64,000 nt of DNA from Rhina ancylostomus (GCA_030265395.1 JARFYF010000074.1:33870979-33934978), one strand, 5' to 3'; shown: positions 1 to 13,859, counted from the first letter of the stretch. The notes: generated by a model from the letters alone, not told the origin. Translations and numbers: made by a program.

Positions 1-285
1 GATTAATACTGAAGGGATGATGGTATTGAACACTAAGCTGTAATTGATAAGCAGCAGCCTGATGTATGTTTTACTGTTATCTAGGTGCTTCAAAGCAGAG
101 TGGAGAGCCAGTGAGATTGTGTCCACTGTAGACCTATTGCAGTGGTTGGCGAATTGCAGTGGGTCTAGGCCCTTGCTCAGGCAAGTTAATTGTAGCCATA
201 ACCAACCTGTAAAGCCCTTCATTATTGTAGATGTGAGCACTACGGTCAATAGCTGTTGAGGCAGCTCACCCTGCTCTTCTTAGGC
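1..285 (-). mobile_element. Rex1/Babar-type LINE reverse transcriptase fragment
   Basis: Minus strand reads LDPLQFANHCNRSTVDTISLALHSALKHLDNSKTYIRLLLINYSLVFNTIIP, matching the Rex1 RT pattern LDPLQFAYRxNRST..D(F/Y)SSAFNTI. Confidence 0.8.
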
Positions 286-3200
286 ACATTAATCTTAATG
301 TTTCCATAGTTAAATTTACTGTATTTTGTGTATTTTAGTGCTCTTCCCATTTTACAGTCTTCAGAAAATGAGAAAGATTTCAAGTAGTATTAACATATTT
401 CATGTGGGTGATTAAGTACAAAGATCCAAGTACGAGCCCCATAGAACTCCTCTCAAGAGGATCAATCCCCATTCTCTCATTTCTTACAAGAACTTTCCAT
501 TTCCTAATTTTGGTTATCTGTAAAGCTGTCACAATGTTGAGCAAACTCACAGAGAACCCAAATGCAACACACCGATACAAGACTGNNNNNNNNNNNNNNN
601 NNNNNNNNNNNNNNNNNNNNNNNNNNNNNNNNNNNNNNNNNNNNNNNNNNNNNNNNNNNNNNNNNNNNNNNNNNNNNNNNNNNNNCAGTCCAGCATGGAA
701 TCCACGTGCTGGACAACAAGGCATTAAAGGAGCCAAATTGAGGGCCAGAACTCAGAACCATGGCAAAAGCAGCTTCAAATCCTACTCTGGAGCCATTTGA
801 TTATAAATTAGAAGCTATTGGTCTGGAATTTTGTAAAAACCTGTCAAAGGTCCATGCAACCATATCATAAATAATGCCATTAATTTTCAATAATTAATTC
901 TGTGTATAAAATTCCCAAAAGAGTTACAACTATTATTTAGCATTTTCTCCTTCAAGATCTACATTAGCCCTTTCTTTCCCAAATTATTGCCTCAACACAT
1001 TCTTGTGACAATTCAGAAATTAGGTTTTAATTCAATTTTAACTGGACTCTGAATTTCAGAGTCTCTTTGTTTAACATGTACTTAACCTCTTCTATGTGTA
1101 TTTATCCTGCAATTTTAATTGTTATTGTTATTCAACAATTTGTCTCAAGTTAATGCCCTTTACTAAGTTGCCCATTGCTTTGAAATTTTCCTTCTAGAGT
1201 AACATATTTTTGCATCAGTTCTCAAAAATAAACTGGAATTAGCTACTTCAAGACAAATCAATTTTATTGGGAAGAGACGTTCCCAGTAAAAGTAAATGCA
1301 GAAAAACTCCTGAATCTAGACCAATATTTCAAAGAACATACAGGGTAGAATGAGCAAGGATGGGGGAGCTCATGATAAATACTAGAAGGTCAGCATTACA
1401 GATAGCCTGGCACTCTTTTACTTTGCCCCTTGAAAATACAAGTAGACTACATGTACTGGCTTTTGTTTATCTAATTTACAGGTTATATCCTCAAATAACT
1501 CTACATGTGATTGTCCCTCACTGGAGCCAAAAGGTCCTTGTATTAACTTCACTGATCTTGATGCTGCTGCTTCACTTTTACAAAAAATAAAGTTCATGTC
1601 AAATTGCCTGAAATGAACATGGAATAGGTACATTGGTAACAAATATTACTTGAACTAATTTTCTAAAAATCTTTTAAAAATCCATATCAATAAAATATAA
1701 TGTATTTGTTAGGTCTGATCTGATATCATTCGCAAATTTGCTTTGTTATTAAGGACAAGTTACTGATATAAATGAAAAACATTAATGCTCTGAACAACAG
1801 CTCCTGGAGCAACCCACTTCTATCCTGACATCGCTGCTCTTACAGGTACCATTATGTATACCCGGAAGCTAATTACTTATTCATCCCATGGTCTGATTCC
1901 CAACACGTTTACGGCCAACAAGTAGACTTCCAAACTGAACTTGATTAAGTTCTTTTTGAAAGTCTGGATATCCAGTCTTGTAGCACTTGATACAATCTTC
2001 AAATAATCCAGGGGAGGTTGGTCAATTGCAATCCTGTCCTTCTGAAGCCATGCTGACTGCTGCTTGCTGGTTGTTGTAAGATTAATGAAGGTCACTAAAT
2101 GTTTAATTATCTATGTCTTTTTGAATATGTACCCTAACATTCAGTGTTTAAAGGCTACTAGCATTCAGTATCAAGTAACTTCCTCATATTGATTGCCAGT
2201 GTCTCATAAATCCTTCCCAGTGCTGTGGGATTTATCCCAGCAGCATTTATCCCAGGGGATTGTTTGTTTCAACTTTTGTATGCTGTTATTACTATCCTTT
2301 TCCTCATAAGATGGCCTTCCTTGCACAGTCACATGCTTTAGATATACCCTGTGGACTACGGTTAAATCATAATTCTCTCTTGTTGTCACAGAAATTGCTT
2401 CCAGCTCCAGTATGTCCATAAATATTCCTGTTCATGTCTTGAATACTTGACAGTGTCTGTCTCTTCAGAAACTGCAGCTGAGCACACTTTCTCAACAAAG
2501 AGGCTGAAAAATGTGTCTTTTTAAGTTTTTGCTAAAATCGGCTACTTCAGGTCATACATCCTTAATCACAAAAGATGGACAAAATATGAATCATGACTCT
2601 GTCATTTTATATCATGTGAATTGAACTTTTTACAATCTCCTCACTGCTGTGAGAGCAATTGCATATTCACAAAGCCTTACACCAGGAGAGTCCAACTTCT
2701 AGAACCTAAGTTATTACACATGGCTTTGATAGTTGTGAAATCATGTAATGTGCTTCTGGGGCAACTTTTACATTATAGCCAGACTATTCCCACCAACATT
2801 ATTAAACAAATAGGCAAAATCATATTATTCTGATTGCTTTAGACTTGTGAGAAGGATAAACCACAATGTGCAGTTATTCTGCAGTTAAGAACGATGGAGT
2901 ATATATTGGATGTATAACAGCGACATTGCATTCTGGGAAAGGAAAGCATACCCTACCACAGACTGGGTAAGATGGAGATCTTTACAGGTTTGGACCTTTG
3001 GCTCATTTCAGTTAATCCAACAGGCTTCTGTTGGACCCTGCATTTCCTATTATATTTTCAAGGCCTTGCACTGGCAGAGGCCAGATTCTTCCACCCAAGT
3101 TGCTTCATGTAGCTTTGAAGCAGATATTAATATTGAGCCACTGCAATGCCAATAGTTTCCATCATGATGTTCCTGAGGTAAAAAGGAAAGAGTTGCGTGA

Positions 3201-3759
3201 AGCTGACTCGAGGATTATAAATCTGTGATGTAGCTTTGGAGTTGGGAGAGACATTCATGCTTCTTCTTGCTTCACATTCAGAGACAAATCTTTTTAAGAA
3301 TGAATGTTTTTGGTGGTGTCCTTTGGTATTGGCTTTAGGAAAGCTGCAAGTAGATCTGATGTACCTAAACAAGTAGGGCTGGTACTGTTGCATACTAACT
3401 GCGAGTACATGTCCCTCAAACCAGCTTTAAGCTTCTTGATAGTATTTAAATATCTATACCAATTTCTATCTCAATTTGTATTCTTTGACCAAAAAGAATC
3501 AATATGCATAATCAAATAATATTACAGAAGAGCAGAGCTAGTTTTTGCTCCAGAATGTTTTTAAAAGTAAAATATCTAGTGTTTTTCTTTTGTCTATAGA
3601 TGATATCTGACCTGTTGAATTTTTCCATCATTTCCTGTTTGTAGTTTTCCAGCATCTACAGTATTTTGCTTTTGTATTTTTCACAGTGCTTAATTAGTTG
3701 AATACTTCTTCCATGGATACATGTCAAGAAAAAAGATTAATGAAAACAAAGGCAAGTCG

Positions 3760-5960
3760 TGTACAGTCAGAAGTGGGGGAATTTGTCCTGGGGGAACTAC
3801 GAAATAGGAAGCCGATTAAATATATTTTTAAATCTTTCTTTGCAAAGAAAGACACAAGTAATATCTAAGAAATGTGGGGGAAACACAGCATGTAATAAAC
3901 AGAGGGAACCAAATAAAATCAGCACTAGTGGGGACAAGATTGAAGGACAATAAAACCCCAAGATCTGATCTACATCTCAGAGCACTTGAAAGAATAGCTC
4001 TAGAAATAACAGATGCAACACTGGTCATTTTCCAAAGTTCTGCAGACTCTGAAACAGTTCCCATGGATTAGAGGATAGCTAATATAACTACACTATTTAA
4101 AAAAGGAGATAGGGAGAAAATAGGAAATTATAGACCAATTAGCTTAATATCAGTAGTACGGAAAATGGTAAAGTCCATTATAAAAAAAATGTAATAGAAG
4201 AGCACTTGGAAAGCAGTCAGGGGATCAGATAAAGTCAACATGGATTTATGAAAGGATAATCATACTTGACAAATCTGGAGTTTTTGATGATATAATTAAC
4301 AGAATAGATGAGGAAAAATTGGTGGATGTGGTGTGTTTGAAGATTCAGAAGGCTTTCAATAAGGTCCCACATGAGAGAATAGAGATTAAAACATAGGGGG
4401 TTGGGGGTAAGCTACTGACATGGACAGAGAAATTTTTGGCAGACAGGAAACAAAGAACAAGAATAAACAGGACTTTTTCCACACAGTAGGCAATGAGAAT
4501 GCAGGGATCAGATCCCAGCTATTCATAATTTATATTAATGATTCAGATGAGGGAATTACATGTAATATCTCTTAAGTTTGCAAATGACACAAGGCTGGGT
4601 GGGAGAGTGAGCAGTGAGGATGGTGTTGAGGGGCTCCAATATGATTTGGACAGGTTGAGGGGCAGGACAAATGCATGGCAGATTCAGTATAATGTTGATA
4701 AATCTGAGATTATCCACTTTGGTGGCTAAAACAGGAGGGGTCAAGTTCTCATCTGGATGTGATAGATTGGGCAAGAGGGAGATGCAATGACACCTGGGTG
4801 TCCTTGTGCACCATGCACTGAAAGCAATCATGCAGATGATTTAAAACAGACATTTAAGGTGGCAATTGGTATGTTGGCCTACACAGGGAGATGGTTTGAA
4901 TACAGGACAATGCATGTTTTACTGCAATTGTAAAGGGCCTCGGTGAGGGCACACTTTGAGTATCAGTGTCCTCTGAGAAAGGATGTTCTTGTTCTTGAGG
5001 AGTGCAGCAGAGTTTTATTTGTCTAATTCCTGAGATAGCAGTACTGATGTCTGAAGAGAGATTGGGGATTTCATAGAAACCTGCAGAATTATAACAGGAC
5101 CGGGTGACCTAGATGCAGGAAGGATGACAGGGAGGCCCAGGACCAGGATTACAGTCTAAGGATAAGGGTTAACTCATGTAGGACTGAGGTGAGCACAATT
5201 ATACCCCAGGTGTGAAGAACCTCTGATATTCTCTACCACAGAAAGTGGTTAAAGCCAAATCATTAAATATATTCAAGGATTAAGATATAATTCTTTGGAC
5301 TTTAAGGATCAAGGGATATGCAGGAACAGAGAACTGAATTTGGTTTCAAAAAAACAAACTGCAGGAAGAACTCAGCGGGAACAAGCAGCATCTGTGGAGG
5401 CAAATGGACCCCTAAACATCCTGTTTCTTTGCCGTCTTCCATCCATGCCATCTGTCTATCACTCACACACTCTTCCCATTGGTCCCCTTCCACTACTGTT
5501 CCCATCTGCCCTTCCCACCTCCCTTATTTGGCTCTGTGTTCCATCTTTCTTTCCTGTCATTTTCCTTCATCTGCAGTTTTTTGCTGCCTCTACCCATCAC
5601 TGCTCAGCCTCTGTTGCTATTTCTACTCTTCCCTCGTCCATCTGTCCATCACCCCTCCTCATCTGGATCCACCTAGCACTTGCCAGCTCTTGCTCCACCC
5701 CTTCCCTTCACCTCTTCTTATTGGCTATCTCCCTTCTATCGTTCAGTCCAGATGAAGGGTCTCGACCCAAAATGTCAACTGTCCAATTCCCTACACGGAT
5801 GCCGCCTGACCCACTGAATTCCTCCAGCGGTTTGTTTCTTGCTCCAGGATCCAACATCTGCAGTCTCTTGTGGCTCAAATGAATTGGGTATGATCACACT
5901 GAATGGCAGAGTATGCTCGATGGACCGAGTGGCTCAGTCCTGCCCTTTACTTCCATGTTG
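3760..5960 (+). mobile_element. Degenerate CR1 LINE (ORF2 RT and 3' tail), interrupted at about 5345-5879
   Basis: NYRPISLISVV (4126), SQHGFMKG, QKAFNKVPH, KFANDTRLGG, WQIQYNVDKSEIIHFG, with many stops and frameshifts. Confidence 0.88.
5345..5879 (+). mobile_element. Penelope-derived non-autonomous element with inverted ends, nested in a CR1 tail
   Basis: Starts aaacaaactgcaggaagaactcagcggg..gcagcatctgtgg and ends with the inverse (gatgccgcctgacccactgaattcctccagcggtttgttt). Interior is pyrimidine-rich and similar to 44850-45240. Flanked by tgaatt(t/g)ggt. Confidence 0.75.
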
Positions 5961-6141
5961 ATTGTTTTTATCCACAAGCATGCTGCTTTTCAATAGTATG
6001 TGACTCAATCCAATCAATACACATGAACAAAAGCATTTGCAAAAGTAAGAGTGATCATTTCATTCTCAACTGTCTAATTGGAATATAGCAAATTTAGTAC
6101 TTTGATCACCAGAAGTCAATTAGAACAAGGAGTTTACCTGG

Positions 6142-6238
6142 ATTAAGGAAAACTAGAATTCTCTATATTCTAATTAAGGAACTGTGGGATTCTTTCTGTT
6201 CTAATTAAGGAACACTAGGATCCTCTGTGTTCTAATTA
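6142..6238. repeat. Minisatellite, 3 diverged copies of a 31-bp unit
   Basis: attaagg recurs at 6142, 6173 and 6204 (atta at 6235). Unit is approximately attaaggaacactaggattctctgtgttcta. Confidence 0.85.
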
Positions 6239-8029
6239 TTTCAAATAGTAAAACAACATGAAGAAGCTCTTCAGAAATATGAGTAAAGTACATAAAAACA
6301 TGATTTCAATTACACGTTACAGTTTAGATATGTGAGGTTGGTAAGTAGGAAAAAAAGGTGAGTAATAGACATGGTGGGCTTAAGGATTGATTACTGGAAT
6401 CGTCAATATTACAATATGTCGTACATTTTTAATGATCTTTTAGGGTTGCAATTTCCAAAGCTCTATTACCTGCTTTTCATAGGGAAAACTTGCTTCCTGA
6501 TGTTACTTCTGGATAGTCCAGGTATAAATGAAGGATTGTGGATCTTTATTTTTGATATGATCACCCAGCAGATGATGTAACTTTTCTATATCTGACCTTT
6601 TATCATTTAAGCACCTCAATAATCTAAACATAAGGTAATACAAGTCAAGTTCGTGCAGCCTCTCCTCATAATTTAGCATTAACTTGGCATGTGTGTTGAA
6701 TCTACGTTGTACCTGTAATGGCTAATATATCATACCTAGCTTCAGTAGCCAAAGATACATACAATGGGCTGGTTTGCATTGTCAGCTAACCACTGTACCA
6801 TAATGAACTGCCAGTTAGCTGTGTTTTATTCGTCAATGCATTCTGGACTCCCATACCAATGCACTGAGTCCAGAAGTTCTGTAACATCCTNNNNNNNNNN
6901 NNNNNNNNNNNNNNNNNNNNNNNNNNNNNNNNNNNNNNNNNNNNNNNNNNNNNNNNNNNNNNNNNNNNNNNNNNNNNNNNNNNNNNNNNNGAGTCCAGAA
7001 GTTCTGTAACATCCTGAGCCAAGGAGATACATACACTTTGCTTTATACTAGGTATGAAAAGATAAATGAAGGTCAGATATTTCTTCACTTTTCTTTATTT
7101 CGCTATTTATCTTTTGCTGAATTAAAAGTAGTTTAACATGTTTTGAATATAATTTTTCATCACCTTAATTATTTCAATGGATTTCAATCATTTTAAAATG
7201 AATCTGTTTATCAGGGGCATTAAAATCAGTGACACTGGCCTTTGGAAGCACAAGCTGTCAAGAGACACTGGAGACAGGGTCTCAGGATGTGATGCCAAGT
7301 AGCCTGGTCGGCTGGTGGAACGACTGAGAAACGAAGCCTAGAGGTTATTGGGAGTCACATTGCCGTAAAAGATTAGTGCAGCCATGGGATCAGCATTGGC
7401 ACTGTGGGTCAGATCAAGTATGATCCTGCCCAATATTTCAGACTAGTTCTCTTGGATGGTCATTAATCGGAGACCTTAACTCTGTTTTCCTCTTCATTGA
7501 TTTTGCCTACTGAGTATTTCCACCATTTTTTTCTGTTTTTATTTCTGAGCAACTGAATTACTTTTTTCCTCAATTTTTAAAAATTCCAACCCATTTGAGA
7601 CATGGGCCAATATTGCATTATCATTTCTGAATAAATTTTGCATTTTCAGTCATGTGAGTACATCTATCCTAAATCCTTCTGTTCCTTCACAGTTCTTAGA
7701 TTCTCACCATTGAGAATTTTCCTAAATTTTCTTTCTCAGATTAAGTGGATGCCTCTCACTTTTTTAAAATCACTGCATTCCAAATGCAATAGCTTTGAAA
7801 CTTTCTTATCTGGTTGTCATCTATTTGTGGATGAGCACCCTTGGAGCCATGACTTACGTGTTGGGAAGCCAGTATACACCAAATAGCTCTGCTTTCACAA
7901 TGGGACAAATGGCCTCCTTATGCATTCTAATTCCCTGTGATTCCACAGTTGTAATTTCCTGCATTAATCACACAATGTTTGATGACTCACCAATTAGATT
8001 TACACCTAATTAGAAATCACAGCCATCAA

Positions 8030-8285
8030 TGATAGCTCGTTTAAAATCAGGGATGCACGAGAAGTCAGAAACAGATGACTACAGACACCTCATAGGTTTA
8101 TAGGGCAAGAGGAGGTCACAGAGATAGGGAAGGACAAGGTCATGGAGGGATCAGGAAAAAGGTATGAGAACTTTGAAACTGAGGGGTCACACTGGTAGTG
8201 AGTGTTAATCAGAGTGCACAGAGCAATGGTGCAAGCTACTGGGCAGCAGAGTTTTGGATGAGTTTAAATTTACATAGATTGGGTC
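8030..8285 (-). mobile_element. Old L2-like LINE fragment
   Basis: gcagcagagttttggatgagtttaaatttac and a purine-rich stretch similar to 32130-32520. Confidence 0.45.
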
Positions 8286-8542
8286 CAATGTCCATTTCTG
8301 GATAAGCCAGAAATTAAAATTGGGAAGAAGAAAGCTGGTGTCTTTGGTACCTGACTCAAGTTGCATTTGCTAGCCACCAATCTGACTTCCCCTCCATCCA
8401 CCCACCCCCACCCCCATAATGAATCTTGGTGTCTCATTTCGATACATATTTTCCTATGACATAGAAAGAGGTCATTTGGCCCATCAAGCCTATGCCAGCT
8501 CTCAGAGCATTGGGTAAAGTTACTTGAGAATTACATCAGAGC

Positions 8543-8862
8543 ATCATAGATTCACACAACGTGGAAGCAGCCCCTTTGCCCACCAAGTCCACCCTGACCA
8601 TCAACCACCCTTTTACGCTAATATTAAACTGAACCTATTTTATTCTCCCAACATTTCCGTCAACTGCTCTCAGACTATACCACTCACCCACACACCAGGG
8701 ACAATTGACAGTCACCAATTAATCATTGGGATGTGGGAGGAAACCCACATGGTCATGGGGAGGATGTGCAGACTCCACACAGACAGCATTAGAAGTCAGG
8801 ATTGAACCTGGGTCACTGGAGGTGTGAGCCAGCACCTCTATGATTGCACTACTGTGTCACCT
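8543..8862 (-). mobile_element. tRNA-derived SINE (V-SINE/HE1-like)
   Basis: gggatgtgggaggaaaccc, tgcagactccacacagacagc and aggattgaacctggg are the reverse complement of the B-box and central conserved domain. Confidence 0.8.
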
Positions 8863-8959
8863 CCATGTATGAACGAGAAATAGGAAAGAGCCACACATCC
8901 GCCAACATGGAGGGGAAAAGGTACCAATTTACTTTGTCTTTGATTGCATTGAGTTTTTT

Positions 8960-9200
8960 TGCATATTGTTATAGCTGTAATTATCCAGATGAATATGGAG
9001 TTTTCCATCAGTTGCAGATGTGTGCTTTGCAGATTGTGAAAGGCATTGCAGAATCAGGAGGGACATGAGTCACTGAAGTTTGCATCAGATAATGACCTGA
9101 TGTTGCAGCCACAGTATTTGTGTGACTGATTCAATTAATGTCTTGGTTAATAGTGAACCCTAGTTGGGGAATTTGATGGTGATAATGCATTTGAATGACT
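8960..9200 (-). mobile_element. Highly decayed LINE (CR1/L2 group) fragment
   Basis: tgacctgatgttgcagccacagtattt..tggttaatagtgaacc resembles a common elasmobranch LINE 3' region. Recognition only. Confidence 0.4.
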
Positions 9201-11529
9201 TGAAGGTTCCTTCAAGCATTTAAAGTGGTTTGTCTAATAGCAGCCTTTAGCAAAACCTCAAACTGAATTTTGTACACTTACGAGCCTTGGTCAAGGTGGA
9301 TGCAAAGGGAGAAACAGCTGACATAAATGGTGTGACAAGAATACAATATGGAGACAAAGAACAAATTCAGTAGTGCAGTTTTAATTCCCATTTTGATTTA
9401 TAGCCGAATAGACATGTAGCTGCATGAAGTAGCCACAAGGCAGACCTCAAGACACCCCTCCCAAAGGATTGGAGTACATTATTCCTGGCATCTGTATAAA
9501 GAGTTCCTAAAGGAATTCCTATCCTACCAACTAAACTTGTTTATGAATGAATATGGAACTAACTTTTAAAGATAGTTAAATAATAAGAGGTAAAAATGAA
9601 CAAAAGGGCACAATTAAATCTCACAATTGATAAAGAATATCAAAAGTTCTGATGAATTTTCAATGCTCAGCCTCAGTGCCCGATATTATTTTGTATCTGT
9701 AGCCCCACCACCCCCCACCCCCCAACACATCCAGTCTGCCAGTGCATAGAAATGGAAAATGTGTCTCACTGGTTTTGTTGTTTGACTCTAAATGAGAAAA
9801 GATTTTTGTTTGTAATGTGAATCGTAAGCACCTACGTTAAAAATTGTGTTACACTTTTGCAAATAGTGGAAATTCTTGGCACATTATGATAACTTGCCCA
9901 GATATTAAACTAAATGTGAAACGACAACAGTAAGAAAAGATATAAAAAGCCTATATATTGTCCTCCATCTAAATATAATAATTGTTCCCTTTCTTCAAAT
10001 TCTTTACAGATGTATTTTCAAAGTGTATGCAAAAATACACAGCACAAGTTTAGAATATGTTTTCATTAAACATTCATTACAGAAGACTTCTTCTAATTAA
10101 ATTTAGAAAATTCCTGAATTACTCTCCCATTTGAAATATTTTACATAAATAAGAGTATAACATTGAAATACGAGTCATTTCAAGGACCACCTGCAGCTGG
10201 AACAGGTTTTTGTATGACATTTTAAACATTATAGTTGAAATTTATAATCCACAACAGAAGCAATAAGGCTACAGGTAGTATTTTATTCAAACCATTATCT
10301 CTAAAATCAGATCAACAATGAAATGATTCGTAAATTTTCTTACTGCATCCTCAAAGTCACTGAAGTAAGGATGCATGGATTTTGAAAATTAGATTTTTCT
10401 CAATTCTGTTTCTTGAATAGCAAATTCCTCAAGATTTTTATGACCCTCAATCATTACTTCTAGAAAAAATATCCACAGCTGCATATTTACATGGACAATG
10501 CATGAAATGTATGTGTTGTACAAATGGCCTTGTGGAGTAAGAGATGTTTTACAAATCAGACCCTGTTCTACTGTTTAAGCTACTACAATAATCAATCATG
10601 TGGATTTTACTCAAGAAATTAGACTAACAAATTTAGCTCAGGGGAAACTTCCAGTGAGTTAATTTTAGAAATATTAAGGAATATTATTTTGCCATTTATA
10701 TTTACATATTCAGCTGAACAATGGCAGACATTAAAAACAGCATATTTTCACAAATTCTACCGTGTATCAAGATCAAGTACAAGTAAGTTGTTGAACAATG
10801 CACCTTAATTCTGGCAGAAGAAATTCATGAATTTCATCAGTATGAATTTAGTAATTCATATTCCAGCTTCTTTAAATGAAACTGGTAATTTTCTGTTGTT
10901 ATGGTCAGTCATGCATTTCTTCATGTGCTCATTAAGAACTAGGTTAATATGACCCAAGTGAGGACTTCACAGCAGGAAGAGAGCTTGTGGGTGAATTTCC
11001 ATCTGGTAAATTTCACTGCTGTGATTACTGCAGTTGAAAACCTGCAGAAAACCTGAAAAACTGCATAAATAGCATTTATGTTATTTTTCTCAGTTTTGTT
11101 ATACATCTGATTGGGGATTTATCAGATACCTTTTTCTGTTTTTCTATTTTTTTCTTGTTGGGAGGCACTCAAGGCTATTCAAACCTCACTGTGACACAGT
11201 TATTATCCGGATCATGAGAATTGTACTGCAATAGACTTCACTACTATGTACCTCCTGAGATGATAGATTTTTTTCAACCATTAAGTACGAATATGTAGAA
11301 ATTCAAGTTCATAAAGCTTCTTAACTACATGTGACAAGCACTCGGATAGCATTAAGATGTGAATCAGTGATGCATTATGGAAAAAATACCTGCAGCTGAT
11401 CACATTATTCTATAAAATAATGTAACATTGCAAAATAGTATAAAGAAATAATCTAAACTCTGATACAAGACATAAAGCCACATGATCTATTTGTGTGTTA
11501 AATAGTTAAAAGTGATTTGCAACTGCCGG

Positions 11530-11832
11530 AGGGTCACGCAGCACAGAAACACACCCTTCGGCCCATTGAGTATATGCCAACTATCAAGCACCATTTACAC
11601 CAAGCCCACCTCATAGTCCACACATTCCCATTAAACTATCCCAGATTCCACCACCATTTACATTACAGGGACAATTCACAGTGGCCAATTAACCAACCAA
11701 CCCGCACACCCTTGGCACGCAAAAGGAAAATAGAGCACCAGGAGGAAACATCTGAAGTCACAGAGAGAATGTGCAAACTGCATACAGGCAGCACCAGAAA
11801 TTAGTACTGAACCTAGGTCACCAGAGCTGACA
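11530..11832 (-). mobile_element. tRNA-derived SINE (V-SINE/HE1-like)
   Basis: cccttcggccca tail, gagaatgtgcaaactgcatacaggcagcacc, tgaacctaggtc. Confidence 0.78.
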
Positions 11833-12874
11833 TACAAATGAAATTTGTCTTTGTTCATTAATGCTAAGACTGTGTTGCATCCTTTGCACAGTAATAATAA
11901 ACCAATACCAATATTTTCCTAACATTTGTTTCCATTTACTTCAGTGGACCCAAAAATTGGAAAGCAAATACAATAGCACTTACTTTTTGCTCTTAACCAA
12001 AAAATAATTACTACCAAATTGGACACATGTTGTGAACCTTTCAAATCACTGACATATGATTTCCTGTTGCCTTACTTCTGTTTTTATCTTATTAAAAATT
12101 AAACTTAAAATCATGCAGAAACATAACCCTGTCCTTTATAATATGTATTTTTGTAATTTTACTGAAAATAACCATGAAAGAAATGTTTCTCATTGAAGAA
12201 GTCCATCATTTTAGTCACAGATTAAAGCAGTATTTATCACAATCATATCCCTAGGATCTGTCTTTGACATTATATTCACCATTGTTATGATTTCCTTTTT
12301 TTAAAAAACAATACCATCTATTAAACATATGGTCTTGGATTCTGCAATCAACAGTTAGGGCATGGTTCTCACCACTGACCTCTAAAAAGCAGTCTACAAA
12401 GACTGACCATGGTTAAATGCATCTCTTATTCCGACGTGATTAACATCTAATAAGGACCTGTGGCATCCAGCAGCAGTGAATTATAAACCAGTCTGAGCAG
12501 CCAATCAGATTGAAGAATTCTCCCAGAAGGCAAGCCTAGAAATAAAAAGCACAGATGATAAATTACTTATTAATCATTTTACAGAAAACACAATAGTGAT
12601 TAGGAAATTAACATGTGGAATATAGGTAAAAGATGAGGTATCATAAACTTCCAAAAAAGACTATAATGAAGGTGTATTTTCTTGCACAACATGTTTTGTA
12701 ATACTTAACATTAATGGAAAGGAATCCCACTTCATGTTTACATTTTCAGGATCAGAGAGGTTTTTCACAGTAATTATGATTTGGTACTCTGTTAAGAAGT
12801 AACTTCAATTTATTCAGCATGGTTTTACAGTATTACTTGTTTTTACATTGGTCCCCAGCAAATCACAAATTATG

Positions 12875-13083
12875 GAAACACAAGAGACTGCAGATGCTTG
12901 GATCTGGAGCAAACAAGAACTACTGGAGGAACTCAGCGAGTCAGGGCAGCATCTATGGAGGCAAAGGGATGGTTGATGTTTTGGGTTGAGACCCTGCATC
13001 AGGACTGCAAGGTTCTCCAGTCCTTTTGTCTCCACAGATGCTGCCTGACCTAAGTTCCTCCAGCAGCTTGTTCTTTTAATTAA
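12875..13083. mobile_element. Short palindromic Penelope-derived element
   Basis: ctggaggaactcag..gcagcatctatggaggcaaaggga is inverted to tccttttgtctccacagatgctgcctgacctaagttcctccagcag. Flanked by aaattatg at 12867 and 13084. Confidence 0.78.
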
Positions 13084-13859
13084 AAATTATGTGTTGGTAG
13101 GTATCTACAAAGTGGACAACAGCACACCCAGTGGCAGACCAGTGTATCAGCAACTTTCACATTTCTGCACAGGACTGCACATTAGCTTGACACCAGGAGG
13201 AACCATGGTTAGCACCACAAATTCGGTGTCAAAATTTCAATATACAAGTTTTAAAAGCTGATATGTTCATAGTAGGAACTGTAATTTACTCCTTAAATAA
13301 AGGAACTTAGAATAATAAGCTGAGGTACATGATAATACTGCCCTTATCCACAAAGATTAATTAAGTTTGAGTGTAATTTTTCCAAACTATTCTGCTGGTC
13401 TATGAGTTCCTCGTATTAGGTCCCAAAAATTTAGATTGGGGGTGATGGTGGGCATCTAAGAGGGGAAACAAGTATGCCTACAGTCAACTTTTTATTGAAT
13501 CCCTGCAGATTTAGTGGATTGAAAACAGATTACTTATATTTAACCTCTGTTCCCACTAAAATGGAGTGTGGGAATTAAACACATCATTCAAATGAATGGC
13601 AAAGAAAAGCTATTTATGAAATAGAAGACAAATGAAAAGAAATGTTGTGGACACAAGATAAAAATAGGAAAATAATCTATTTCACCTGCTGGTCAGTGTT
13701 GTGAAACAAAACAAATAATAAATGTACTCAGGAGACTGCTTGATAAAACTAATTTATTTGGGTTATGGGGTAACGTAAGACTCTTTACTCAATATTTTCT
13801 GATTCATTGCTCATATTTCAGAATTGATGAAATTCCTAATATGCAGTACTTAAGGAATT

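Noticed and set aside
1800-2450. Two short minus-strand ORFs in unique-looking sequence
   Set aside because: No recognisable domain and no consistent splice sites.
5295-5882. 195-aa hydrophobic, Pro/Ser/Leu-rich ORF
   Set aside because: It lies in the pyrimidine-rich non-coding part of the Penelope-derived element, which is stop-poor by composition.
11040-11100. Imperfect palindrome around cataaat-agc-atttatg
   Set aside because: Only 7 perfect pairs in AT-rich DNA; chance or a very old repeat.
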